The notes under the pieces: generated by a model | What the model was told of the DNA's origin: nothing | Databases searched by the model: none | The model's input: only the letters and a program-made list of their open reading frames with translations | Shown here: piece after piece, positions 1-7,251 of the stretch | How the letters are laid out: each line of letters opens with the position of its first letter | Position numbering within the stretch: the first letter of the stretch is position 1 | Made by a program: the position numbers and the translations under genes | Assembly: GCF_000195955.2 (NCBI RefSeq) | Contig: NC_000962.3 | Location: forward strand, 660,001-692,000 | Length of the DNA: 32,000 nucleotides | Source of the DNA: Mycobacterium tuberculosis H37Rv | GTDB taxonomy: Bacteria > Actinomycetota > Actinomycetes > Mycobacteriales > Mycobacteriaceae | Direction: 5' to 3'

Positions 1-1
1 G

Positions 2-868
2 CTCGCACTGGCCAACCCGAGCCTGCTGAACAATCGGCTCTGGAGCAGGCTGCGACGGCGGATCGAAGAAGCCGACGCCCTGCTGTACGCCGAGATCGCC
101 GACCGCCGAGCCGATCCCGATCTGGCCGCACGCACCGACACGCTGGCCATGCTGGTTCGGGCCGCCGACGAAGACGGACGGACGATGACCGAGCGCGAGC
201 TGCGCGACCAGCTGATAACGTTGCTGGTCGCAGGTCACGACACCACCGCGACGGGACTGTCGTGGGCACTGGAGCGGTTGACCCGCCACCCGGTCACCCT
301 GGCCAAGGCCGTGCAAGCGGCCGACGCCAGCGCGGCCGGCGATCCAGCCGGCGACGAGTACCTGGACGCGGTGGCCAAAGAGACACTGCGGATCCGCCCG
401 GTGGTGTACGACGTGGGCCGGGTCCTCACCGAGGCGGTGGAGGTGGCCGGTTACCGGCTGCCGGCCGGGGTCATGGTGGTCCCAGCGATCGGGCTGGTGC
501 ACGCGAGCGCGCAACTGTATCCGGATCCGGAACGGTTCGACCCTGATCGGATGGTTGGCGCCACTTTGAGCCCGACCACCTGGTTGCCGTTCGGCGGCGG
601 CAACCGCCGCTGCCTCGGCGCCACCTTTGCCATGGTCGAGATGCGGGTCGTCCTTCGGGAGATCCTGCGCCGCGTCGAGTTGAGCACCACCACGACCTCC
701 GGCGAACGGCCGAAGCTAAAGCACGTCATCATGGTGCCGCACCGCGGCGCGCGCATCCGCGTCCGGGCAACCAGGGACGTTTCGGCCACGTCGCAAGCGA
801 CAGCCCAGGGTGCCGGATGCCCAGCCGCTCGCGGTGGCGGGCCGTCCAGAGCCGTCGGCAGCCAGTGA
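2..868 (+). CDS. cyp135B1: Cytochrome P450, C-terminal 288 codons (5' end outside the window)
   Basis: This frame is open from the window edge to the TGA at 866-868. The translation shows an I-helix AGHDTT, an ExxR motif (ETLRIRP) and the heme-thiolate loop FGGGNRRCLGATFA. The symbol comes from my recollection of the Rv0568 neighbourhood. Confidence 0.88.
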   Translation, partial: LALANPSLLNNRLWSRLRRRIEEADALLYAEIADRRADPDLAARTDTLAMLVRAADEDGRTMTERELRDQLITLLVAGHDTTATGLSWALERLTRHPVTLAKAVQAADASAAGDPAGDEYLDAVAKETLRIRPVVYDVGRVLTEAVEVAGYRLPAGVMVVPAIGLVHASAQLYPDPERFDPDRMVGATLSPTTWLPFGGGNRRCLGATFAMVEMRVVLREILRRVELSTTTTSGERPKLKHVIMVPHRGARIRVRATRDVSATSQATAQGAGCPAARGGGPSRAVGSQ

Positions 869-907
869 CCAGCTGGGGTATCCGCATGGGGTCGCCCAGC
901 GGGTCCC

Positions 908-927
908 GAGGGGACTTTTGGCCACCG
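908..927. promoter_or_regulatory. Candidate DosR (DevR) box upstream of Rv0569
   Basis: GAGGGGACTTTTGGCCACCG matches 13 of 20 positions of the DosR consensus as I remember it (TTSGGGACTWWAGTCCCSAA). The left half-site GGGACT is perfect. The box lies about 85 bp upstream of the ATG at 1003. Confidence 0.35.
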
Positions 928-1002
928 GCGCTGGTGGCCTACTGCCCTCCCGCCGTTGCGCCGGGTGCGTGCACGATTGAAGTCCCCAAGGAAGGGACGC
1001 TC

Positions 1003-1269
1003 ATGAAGGCAAAGGTCGGGGACTGGCTGGTGATCAAAGGCGCGACGATAGATCAACCGGACCACCGAGGGTTGATTATTGAGGTGCGCTCATCCGATGG
1101 TTCGCCGCCGTATGTGGTGCGCTGGCTCGAGACCGACCATGTGGCGACGGTGATTCCGGGTCCGGATGCGGTCGTGGTCACTGCGGAGGAGCAGAATGCG
1201 GCCGACGAGCGGGCGCAGCATCGGTTCGGCGCGGTTCAGTCGGCGATCCTCCATGCCAGGGGAACGTAG
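1003..1269 (+). CDS. Rv0569: Small conserved hypoxia-associated protein, 88 aa (Rv0569-like)
   Basis: ATG at 1003 is preceded by AAGGAAGGG (988-996). The product MKAKVGDWLVIKGATIDQPDHRGLIIEVRSSDGSPPYVVRWLETDH... is recognised as Rv0569. The upstream part of ORF 817..1269 is Arg/Trp/Pro-rich and looks like noise. Confidence 0.88.
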   Translation: MKAKVGDWLVIKGATIDQPDHRGLIIEVRSSDGSPPYVVRWLETDHVATVIPGPDAVVVTAEEQNAADERAQHRFGAVQSAILHARGT

Positions 1270-1294
1270 GCGATTCGCTCAAGCGACGAAGTCG

Positions 1295-3373
1295 GTGGGT
1301 GTCAGCTGGCCGGCGAAAGTCCGGCGCCGGGATGGAACGCTGGTGCCGTTCGACATCGCGCGGATCGAAGCAGCGGTGACGCGGGCAGCGCGCGAGGTGG
1401 CTTGCGACGACCCCGATATGCCGGGCACCGTAGCGAAAGCCGTCGCCGACGCACTCGGGCGCGGTATCGCTCCCGTTGAGGACATTCAGGACTGCGTGGA
1501 GGCCCGGCTGGGGGAAGCCGGTCTGGATGACGTGGCCCGTGTTTACATCATCTACCGGCAGCGGCGCGCCGAGCTGCGGACGGCTAAGGCCTTGCTCGGC
1601 GTGCGGGACGAGTTAAAGCTGAGCTTGGCGGCCGTGACGGTACTGCGCGAGCGCTATCTGCTGCACGACGAGCAGGGCCGGCCGGCCGAGTCGACCGGCG
1701 AGCTGATGGACCGATCGGCGCGCTGTGTCGCGGCGGCCGAGGACCAGTATGAGCCGGGCTCGTCGAGGCGGTGGGCCGAGCGGTTCGCCACGCTATTACG
1801 CAACCTGGAATTCCTGCCGAATTCGCCCACGTTGATGAACTCTGGCACCGACCTGGGACTGCTCGCCGGCTGTTTTGTTCTGCCGATTGAGGATTCGCTG
1901 CAATCGATCTTTGCGACGCTGGGACAGGCCGCCGAGCTGCAGCGGGCTGGAGGCGGCACCGGATATGCGTTCAGCCACCTGCGACCCGCCGGGGATCGGG
2001 TGGCCTCCACGGGCGGCACGGCCAGCGGACCGGTGTCGTTTCTACGGCTGTATGACAGTGCCGCGGGTGTGGTCTCCATGGGCGGTCGCCGGCGTGGCGC
2101 CTGTATGGCTGTGCTTGATGTGTCGCACCCGGATATCTGTGATTTCGTCACCGCCAAGGCCGAATCCCCCAGCGAGCTCCCGCATTTCAACCTATCGGTT
2201 GGTGTGACCGACGCGTTCCTGCGGGCCGTCGAACGCAACGGCCTACACCGGCTGGTCAATCCGCGAACCGGCAAGATCGTCGCGCGGATGCCCGCCGCCG
2301 AGCTGTTCGACGCCATCTGCAAAGCCGCGCACGCCGGTGGCGATCCCGGGCTGGTGTTTCTCGACACGATCAATAGGGCAAACCCGGTGCCGGGGAGAGG
2401 CCGCATCGAGGCGACCAACCCGTGCGGGGAGGTCCCACTGCTGCCTTACGAGTCATGTAATCTCGGCTCGATCAACCTCGCCCGGATGCTCGCCGACGGT
2501 CGCGTCGACTGGGACCGGCTCGAGGAGGTCGCCGGTGTGGCGGTGCGGTTCCTTGATGACGTCATCGATGTCAGCCGCTACCCCTTCCCCGAACTGGGTG
2601 AGGCGGCCCGCGCCACCCGCAAGATCGGGCTGGGAGTCATGGGTTTGGCGGAACTGCTTGCCGCACTGGGTATTCCGTACGACAGTGAAGAAGCCGTGCG
2701 GTTAGCCACCCGGCTCATGCGTCGCATACAGCAGGCGGCGCACACGGCATCGCGGAGGCTGGCCGAAGAGCGGGGCGCATTCCCGGCGTTCACCGATAGC
2801 CGGTTCGCGCGGTCGGGCCCGAGGCGCAACGCACAGGTCACCTCCGTCGCTCCGACGGGCACCATCTCACTGATCGCCGGAACCACCGCGGGCATCGAGC
2901 CGATGTTCGCTATCGCGTTCACCCGCGCCATCGTCGGCCGGCATCTGCTGGAGGTCAATCCGTGCTTCGACCGACTGGCCCGCGATCGGGGCTTTTATCG
3001 TGACGAGCTGATCGCCGAGATCGCTCAGCGTGGCGGAGTCCGTGGCTATCCGCGGCTGCCTGCTGAGGTGCGGGCCGCGTTCCCGACCGCGGCGGAGATC
3101 GCGCCGCAGTGGCATCTGCGCATGCAGGCCGCGGTGCAGCGCCACGTCGAGGCCGCCGTGTCCAAGACGGTCAACTTGCCCGCCACGGCGACGGTCGATG
3201 ACGTCCGCGCCATCTATGTGGCCGCCTGGAAGGCAAAGGTCAAGGGCATCACGGTGTATCGCTACGGCAGCCGGGAAGGACAGGTACTGTCCTACGCCGC
3301 GCCGAAACCGCTACTGGCGCAGGCTGACACGGAGTTCAGCGGCGGCTGTGCGGGCCGCTCCTGCGAGTTCTGA
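1295..3373 (+). CDS. nrdZ: Class II (adenosylcobalamin-type) ribonucleoside-diphosphate reductase with N-terminal ATP-cone
   Basis: The in-frame ORF is 735 aa, and I place the start at GTG 1295, giving 692 aa. The translation shows an ATP-cone (VRRRDGTLVPFDIARIEAAVTRA...IYRQRR), a catalytic NPCGE motif, a radical-site region (TNPCGEVPLLPYESCNLGSINL) and a C-terminal redox Cys pair (GGCAGRSCEF). The choice of start codon is uncertain. Confidence 0.9.
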   Translation: MGVSWPAKVRRRDGTLVPFDIARIEAAVTRAAREVACDDPDMPGTVAKAVADALGRGIAPVEDIQDCVEARLGEAGLDDVARVYIIYRQRRAELRTAKALLGVRDELKLSLAAVTVLRERYLLHDEQGRPAESTGELMDRSARCVAAAEDQYEPGSSRRWAERFATLLRNLEFLPNSPTLMNSGTDLGLLAGCFVLPIEDSLQSIFATLGQAAELQRAGGGTGYAFSHLRPAGDRVASTGGTASGPVSFLRLYDSAAGVVSMGGRRRGACMAVLDVSHPDICDFVTAKAESPSELPHFNLSVGVTDAFLRAVERNGLHRLVNPRTGKIVARMPAAELFDAICKAAHAGGDPGLVFLDTINRANPVPGRGRIEATNPCGEVPLLPYESCNLGSINLARMLADGRVDWDRLEEVAGVAVRFLDDVIDVSRYPFPELGEAARATRKIGLGVMGLAELLAALGIPYDSEEAVRLATRLMRRIQQAAHTASRRLAEERGAFPAFTDSRFARSGPRRNAQVTSVAPTGTISLIAGTTAGIEPMFAIAFTRAIVGRHLLEVNPCFDRLARDRGFYRDELIAEIAQRGGVRGYPRLPAEVRAAFPTAAEIAPQWHLRMQAAVQRHVEAAVSKTVNLPATATVDDVRAIYVAAWKAKVKGITVYRYGSREGQVLSYAAPKPLLAQADTEFSGGCAGRSCEF

Positions 3374-3387
3374 CGGCGGCTCCCATG

Positions 3388-3451
3388 GCGCGAGCAGACG
3401 CAGAATCGCACAAAATCAGCGATTTTGATGCGATTCTGCGTCTGCTCGCGC
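3388..3451. terminator. Long near-perfect hairpin between convergent nrdZ and Rv0571c (candidate bidirectional, tail-less terminator)
   Basis: The left arm (3388-3417, GCGCGAGCAGACGCAGAATCGCACAAAATC) pairs with the right arm (3421-3451). That gives 30 bp with one bulged A at 3428 and a 3-nt loop AGC. No T-tract follows on either strand. It lies 15 nt after the nrdZ stop and 36 nt after the Rv0571c stop. Confidence 0.6.
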
Positions 3452-3486
3452 AGGGATCGCAGGGATCACCCCGGCCGGCTAGCGGT

Positions 3487-4818
3487 TTAGCCGCTTGGGC
3501 CTGGGCCGCACAAGTGGTCGATGAACCAATCGCACGCCAGCTTGGCAACCTGTTCCAGCGTGCCTGGTTCTTCGAATAGGTGTGTGGCGCCGGGGACCAC
3601 GGTGAGTTGGCATTTCCCGGGTATTACCGCTTGCGCTCGTTGGTTCAGCTCGAGGACCACCTGGTCGCGTCCACCCACGATCAGCAGCGTCGGTGCCACC
3701 ACGCTCCCCAGCGAATCACCCGCGAGATCGGGCCGGCCGCCGCGGGACACCACCGCCCGCACGTTCACGCGCGGATCGGCGGCCGCGACCAGCGCCGCAC
3801 CCGCTCCCGTGCTGGCGCCGAAGTAGCCGACCGGCAGCGATGCGGTGTCGGGCTGGGTGGCCAACCAACCGGTCACGTCGATGAGTCGGGAAGCGAGCAG
3901 CTCAATGTCGAAGACGTTGGCGCGGTTGCGTTCTTCTTCGGGCGTGAGCAAGTCGAATAACAGCGTCGCAAACCCGGCCCCGGTCAAGACCTCTGCAACG
4001 TACCGATTGCGGATACTGTGCCGGCTGCTGCCACTGCCATGTGCGAAAACCACAATTCCCCTGGGTTTTTCGGGGACAGTCAGGTGCCCTGCCACCGGTA
4101 CTGGACCGGCAACGACCTGGACCTCCTCATCGCGAAGCGGTGGGTCAGCGGCGGCATCGATCGCACCTGCCTCGGCGAAGTCGCGGTGAGCACGATCCAG
4201 AAACGCCACCACCTCGTCGTCGGAGGTCTGGGTGAAGTTGCGGTAACCCTGCCCGACGGCGAAGAACAACGCCGGCGTCGCCAAACACACCACCTCATCG
4301 GCGTACCCGGCGAATCTCGCCACGATGTCGTCTGGGCCGATCGGGACCGCCAGCACCACCTTGTCCGCACCGTGCGCCCGGGCGACCTGGCACGCCGCCT
4401 TGGCCGTCGCTCCGGTGGCGATGCCGTCATCGACGATCACCGCGATCCGCCCGGTCAACGGGATGCGGTCACGCCCGCGGCGGAAGCGTTCCGCGCGGCG
4501 TTGTAGCTCGATCAGCTGCTTGCGTTCGACCGCGTCCATGGCGGCAGCATCGAGGTGTGTCCCGCGGACGACGTCGTCGTTGAGCACCCGCACGCCGTCC
4601 TCACCGATGGCGCCGAAAGCCAATTCGGGTTGGAACGGCACGCCAAGCTTGCGCACGACCAGGACGTCGAGTGGCGCTTGCAGTGACTTGGCGACCTCAA
4701 AGGCCACCGGTACCCCGCCGCGCGGCAAGCCAAGGACGACGACGGCCTTGCCGGATAGCTGCGCCAGGCGTTGCGCCAACTGGCGTCCAGCGTCGCCACG
4801 ATCGTCAAAGAGCTTCAT
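3487..4818 (-). CDS. Rv0571c: Two-domain protein: N-terminal type I phosphoribosyltransferase fused to a C-terminal alpha/beta (dienelactone-type) hydrolase
   Basis: The ORF is 451 aa. I favour the ATG at 4818 (MKLFDDRGDAG...), giving 443 aa. The translation shows a PRPP loop (VIVDDGIATGATAKAA), then VVFAHGSGSSRHS, a nucleophile elbow (GASTG) and GATHLFEEPG. Confidence 0.85.
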   Translation of the reverse strand: MKLFDDRGDAGRQLAQRLAQLSGKAVVVLGLPRGGVPVAFEVAKSLQAPLDVLVVRKLGVPFQPELAFGAIGEDGVRVLNDDVVRGTHLDAAAMDAVERKQLIELQRRAERFRRGRDRIPLTGRIAVIVDDGIATGATAKAACQVARAHGADKVVLAVPIGPDDIVARFAGYADEVVCLATPALFFAVGQGYRNFTQTSDDEVVAFLDRAHRDFAEAGAIDAAADPPLRDEEVQVVAGPVPVAGHLTVPEKPRGIVVFAHGSGSSRHSIRNRYVAEVLTGAGFATLLFDLLTPEEERNRANVFDIELLASRLIDVTGWLATQPDTASLPVGYFGASTGAGAALVAAADPRVNVRAVVSRGGRPDLAGDSLGSVVAPTLLIVGGRDQVVLELNQRAQAVIPGKCQLTVVPGATHLFEEPGTLEQVAKLACDWFIDHLCGPGPSG

Positions 4819-5041
4819 CTGCCGAGTGTGTCGCCATCTCATGGCTCCAAATATGGAATTAGGTCCCTGGGCCGACTGACGACAGTCCCTCAGCGACCGG
4901 ATTGCGCATCCCGCCTTGTACGCTACTCCGCAAATCCCGGGCTTGCGTCCGCGGAAGCGAACTCGGCGGCGCTACGGTGGTGGCTCACTTCGGCCGTGCG
5001 CACTCGGATCGACGGGCCGATGGCGGCCGGGCCCGCGCGCT

Positions 5042-5383
5042 TCATAGGTCATCGGATTGAGGTGATCGACTCGGCGATGAGTGTTCGAAAGATGACTCAG
5101 TGGTGTGCCTTCCGTCGGTGAGCTGCACGACATATGTGCGGTCGTCGGCGTCGTACTCAACCGTGCCGCCCGAGACAACCATCCCAACCAACGCATTGCC
5201 GTCCTGGAAGTAGTACGCGTTCTTTTCTCGGCGCATGGAATCCAGGTGGCAACCGGGCACTATGAGGACGCTCCTGCGGGGATCGTCGGTGAAGACCAGA
5301 ATCCGCGCGCCCCGTTTCTGGGCTAGGGGATGCTTCGTAGGCTTCCGTTGCCGCATGTGCCGCTTGATGGCGTGCTCACCCAT
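5042..5383 (-). CDS. Rv0572c: Hypothetical protein, 113 aa
   Basis: This is a complete ORF with GAGAGGG about 13 nt upstream of its ATG. I recognise no domain. The locus is assigned from position between Rv0571c and pncB2. Confidence 0.7.
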   Translation of the reverse strand: MGEHAIKRHMRQRKPTKHPLAQKRGARILVFTDDPRRSVLIVPGCHLDSMRREKNAYYFQDGNALVGMVVSGGTVEYDADDRTYVVQLTDGRHTTESSFEHSSPSRSPQSDDL

Positions 5384-5433
5384 TTTGGTTTTGCCCTCTC
5401 ACTTGACGCTGCGTTGCCTAGCATGCCAACCGG

Positions 5434-5601
5434 CTAGCTTCGCGGAACGTGCTCCCCGGGGTGCGGGCATTCACCGGGCACGTGAATCAGTACTGCGCCG
5501 TCATCGACGATCCCGGCTTGACCGCGGCGATGGGCGGTGATGTATAGCCATCCGGGTTCGATGGTTTGCTTGCAGCGTGTACATTGCGGGTCGGCGGCCA
5601 T
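5434..5601 (-). CDS. Candidate unannotated small protein, 55 aa, Cys/His-rich
   Basis: It falls below the 60-aa cut-off of the ORF track. The ATG (5601-5599) is preceded by GCGAGGAGCAC, and the stop is TAG (5436-5434). The product is MAADPQCTRCKQTIEPGWLYITAHRRGQAGIVDDGAVLIHVPGECPHPGEHVPRS. GC3 is about 67 percent by hand count. It lies 50 nt upstream of Rv0572c on the same strand. Confidence 0.3.
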   Translation of the reverse strand: MAADPQCTRCKQTIEPGWLYITAHRRGQAGIVDDGAVLIHVPGECPHPGEHVPRS

Positions 5602-5850
5602 GTGCTCCTCGCTTCCCTAGCCTCACGGTTTGCGCCGTCGGTCGACAGGCGAACTGCTCTTCGCCGATGTACGTCACTGCTTCGGCGGCTAAACCCCTTG
5701 TCCAGCACGACAAGTCCAACCGGCCTGCGTCGGCGGAGTTTGGCCTCGTGCTCGGCTGGCGGTGCTCATGGTGTCCCTCCGGAACTCGGGGTAACGGCAA
5801 GCTTTCGATGCGTCGGCAGTCCGAAATCTAGAGACGACGAACTTGTTGTT

Positions 5851-7242
5851 CTAGGGTCGTTTGGCCTTCGCCCCGACGACGTTGGACCCGGGGTGGGCTT
5901 CGGCCGTGTCGGCGTGCCGCAGCCGGGCGAGTTCGCCCACGATCCTGTCGCTGACCGCCACCGGATACGAGTAGCCGGTGTCCTCGAGCGAGCGCAGCTC
6001 CGGCGGGAGCGCGTCGATCTGCTGGCGGGCCCAGTCCCGCGCGCCGTCCAATGTGGGTGCATGCTGCCGGATGCGTCGGCCGTTGGTCATGATGGGCACC
6101 AGCAACGGGTCCCCGGGAAGGTTTTCACCGTGCTCGCCGAGCGTGTCGCCGCAAAAGACTCCGTGCTCGAGCTTACGGAACACCTGCTTGCGTCCCGGGT
6201 AGATCACCTTGCCGCTGGAGAACTTGGTGCGCCCGCTGCCGTCGTATGCCACCAGCTTGTAGGCCATGTCCAGCGCGGGCGCGTCTTGAGCCACGACGAG
6301 CTGGGTGCCCACGCCGAAGCCGTCGATCGGACAGCGGGCAGCCAAAAGCGCGGCGATGCGGTTTTCGTCGAGGCCCGACGACGCGAAGATCTCGACCTGC
6401 TCGAGACCGGCGGTGTCGAGCCGTGCACGGGTCGCCTTGGACAGCTCATCGAGGTCGCCGGAATCCAGCCGGACCGCGCGCACATCGAAGCGATTGCCCA
6501 GCCGCTTGGCCAACTCGATGACGTGATCGACGCCGCGTAGCGTGTCGTAGGTGTCCACGAGCAGCATGGTGGCTGGGTAGAGCCGGGCGAACGCCTCGAA
6601 CGCGGCCACCTCACTGTCGAAGGCTTGAACAAAGCTGTGCGCCATGGTGCCGAACGTCGGGATCCCATATTGGCGGGCCGCGAGCAGATTCGACGTGCCC
6701 GCAGCGCCCGCGAGATAACTGGTGCGCGCGACCTTGCAGGCCGCGTCGGTGCCGTGAGCGCGCCGCGCGCCGAAATCCACCACCGGTCGTCCGCGCGCGG
6801 CGGCGACCACCCGCGCGGCCTTGCTCGCGAGCACGCTTTGCAGATGAATCTGGTTCAGCACAAACGTCTCGACAAGCTGGGCCTCGATGATTGGCGCGAT
6901 CAGCTGGACCGCGGGTTCGTTCGGAAAAATCACGGTTCCTTCCGGCGCGGCCCAGACATCTCCGGTGAAACGCACTCCGGCCAGCCACCTCAGGAACTCG
7001 TCGGAAAACTGGCCCAGGCCACGCAGGTAACGCAGATCCTGCTCGTCGAATCGAAACGCTTCGAGGAACTCGACCACATCGGCCAGCCCGGCGGCCATGA
7101 TGTAGGACCTGCCAGGCGGAAGCTTGCGGAAGAATATCTCGAAAACCGCTGTGCCCGACATTCTTTCGGCCCAGTAGGCCTGGGCCATCGTCACCTCGTA
7201 CAGGTCGGTGAACAGCGCGCCGACGTGTTGGCGGATCGCCAT
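5851..7242 (-). CDS. pncB2: Nicotinate phosphoribosyltransferase (NAD salvage)
   Basis: The ORF is 463 aa. The NAPRTase signature regions are TDLYEVTMAQAYW, FGARRAHG and PTFGTMAHSFVQAF. Confidence 0.92.
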   Translation of the reverse strand: MAIRQHVGALFTDLYEVTMAQAYWAERMSGTAVFEIFFRKLPPGRSYIMAAGLADVVEFLEAFRFDEQDLRYLRGLGQFSDEFLRWLAGVRFTGDVWAAPEGTVIFPNEPAVQLIAPIIEAQLVETFVLNQIHLQSVLASKAARVVAAARGRPVVDFGARRAHGTDAACKVARTSYLAGAAGTSNLLAARQYGIPTFGTMAHSFVQAFDSEVAAFEAFARLYPATMLLVDTYDTLRGVDHVIELAKRLGNRFDVRAVRLDSGDLDELSKATRARLDTAGLEQVEIFASSGLDENRIAALLAARCPIDGFGVGTQLVVAQDAPALDMAYKLVAYDGSGRTKFSSGKVIYPGRKQVFRKLEHGVFCGDTLGEHGENLPGDPLLVPIMTNGRRIRQHAPTLDGARDWARQQIDALPPELRSLEDTGYSYPVAVSDRIVGELARLRHADTAEAHPGSNVVGAKAKRP

Positions 7243-7251
7243 GGTTGCCGG

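Noticed and set aside
1166-1294. N-terminal extensions offered by the ORF track: nrdZ from 1166, Rv0571c from 4842, Rv0576 from 9839, cfp32 from 11079, Rv0580c from 17703, mce2A from 26608, mce2C from 29047.
   Set aside because: The extensions overlap upstream genes or encode Arg/Ser/Pro-rich non-domain sequence. The internal starts have better SD context or the ATGA/GTGA coupling geometry. The start choices remain uncertain without N-terminal proteomics.
3336-3579. ORFs 3385..3579 (+) and 3336..3548 (-) spanning the nrdZ/Rv0571c gap.
   Set aside because: Both read straight through the 30-bp hairpin arms and overlap the Rv0571c 3' end. They have no SD sequence and no motifs, and are better explained as a by-product of the inverted repeat.
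4873-4892. A second DosR-like site built on the perfect AGTCCC half-site at 4884-4889.
   Set aside because: It matches only 11 of 20 consensus positions, and the left half is essentially absent. That is not distinguishable from chance.
5689-5769. A 26-codon ORF (MSTASRARGQTPPTQAGWTCRAGQGV) behind a GGAGGG SD-like element, considered as a separate small gene.
   Set aside because: It is too short and compositionally unremarkable to call. I mention it only as context for the 55-codon ORF, as a possible upstream ORF.
5566-6540. A 324-aa ORF on the + strand opposite pncB2. Similar long antisense ORFs lie at 451..1065, 1654..2418, 8945..9805, 16070..16729, 17727..18575, 19130..19771, 20219..21409 and 22873..24174.
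   Set aside because: Each lies antisense to a gene with clear domain content. Their products are Arg/Pro/Gly/Ala-rich with no recognisable motifs. In a ~65 percent GC genome stop codons are rare in the antisense frames, so these are shadow ORFs.
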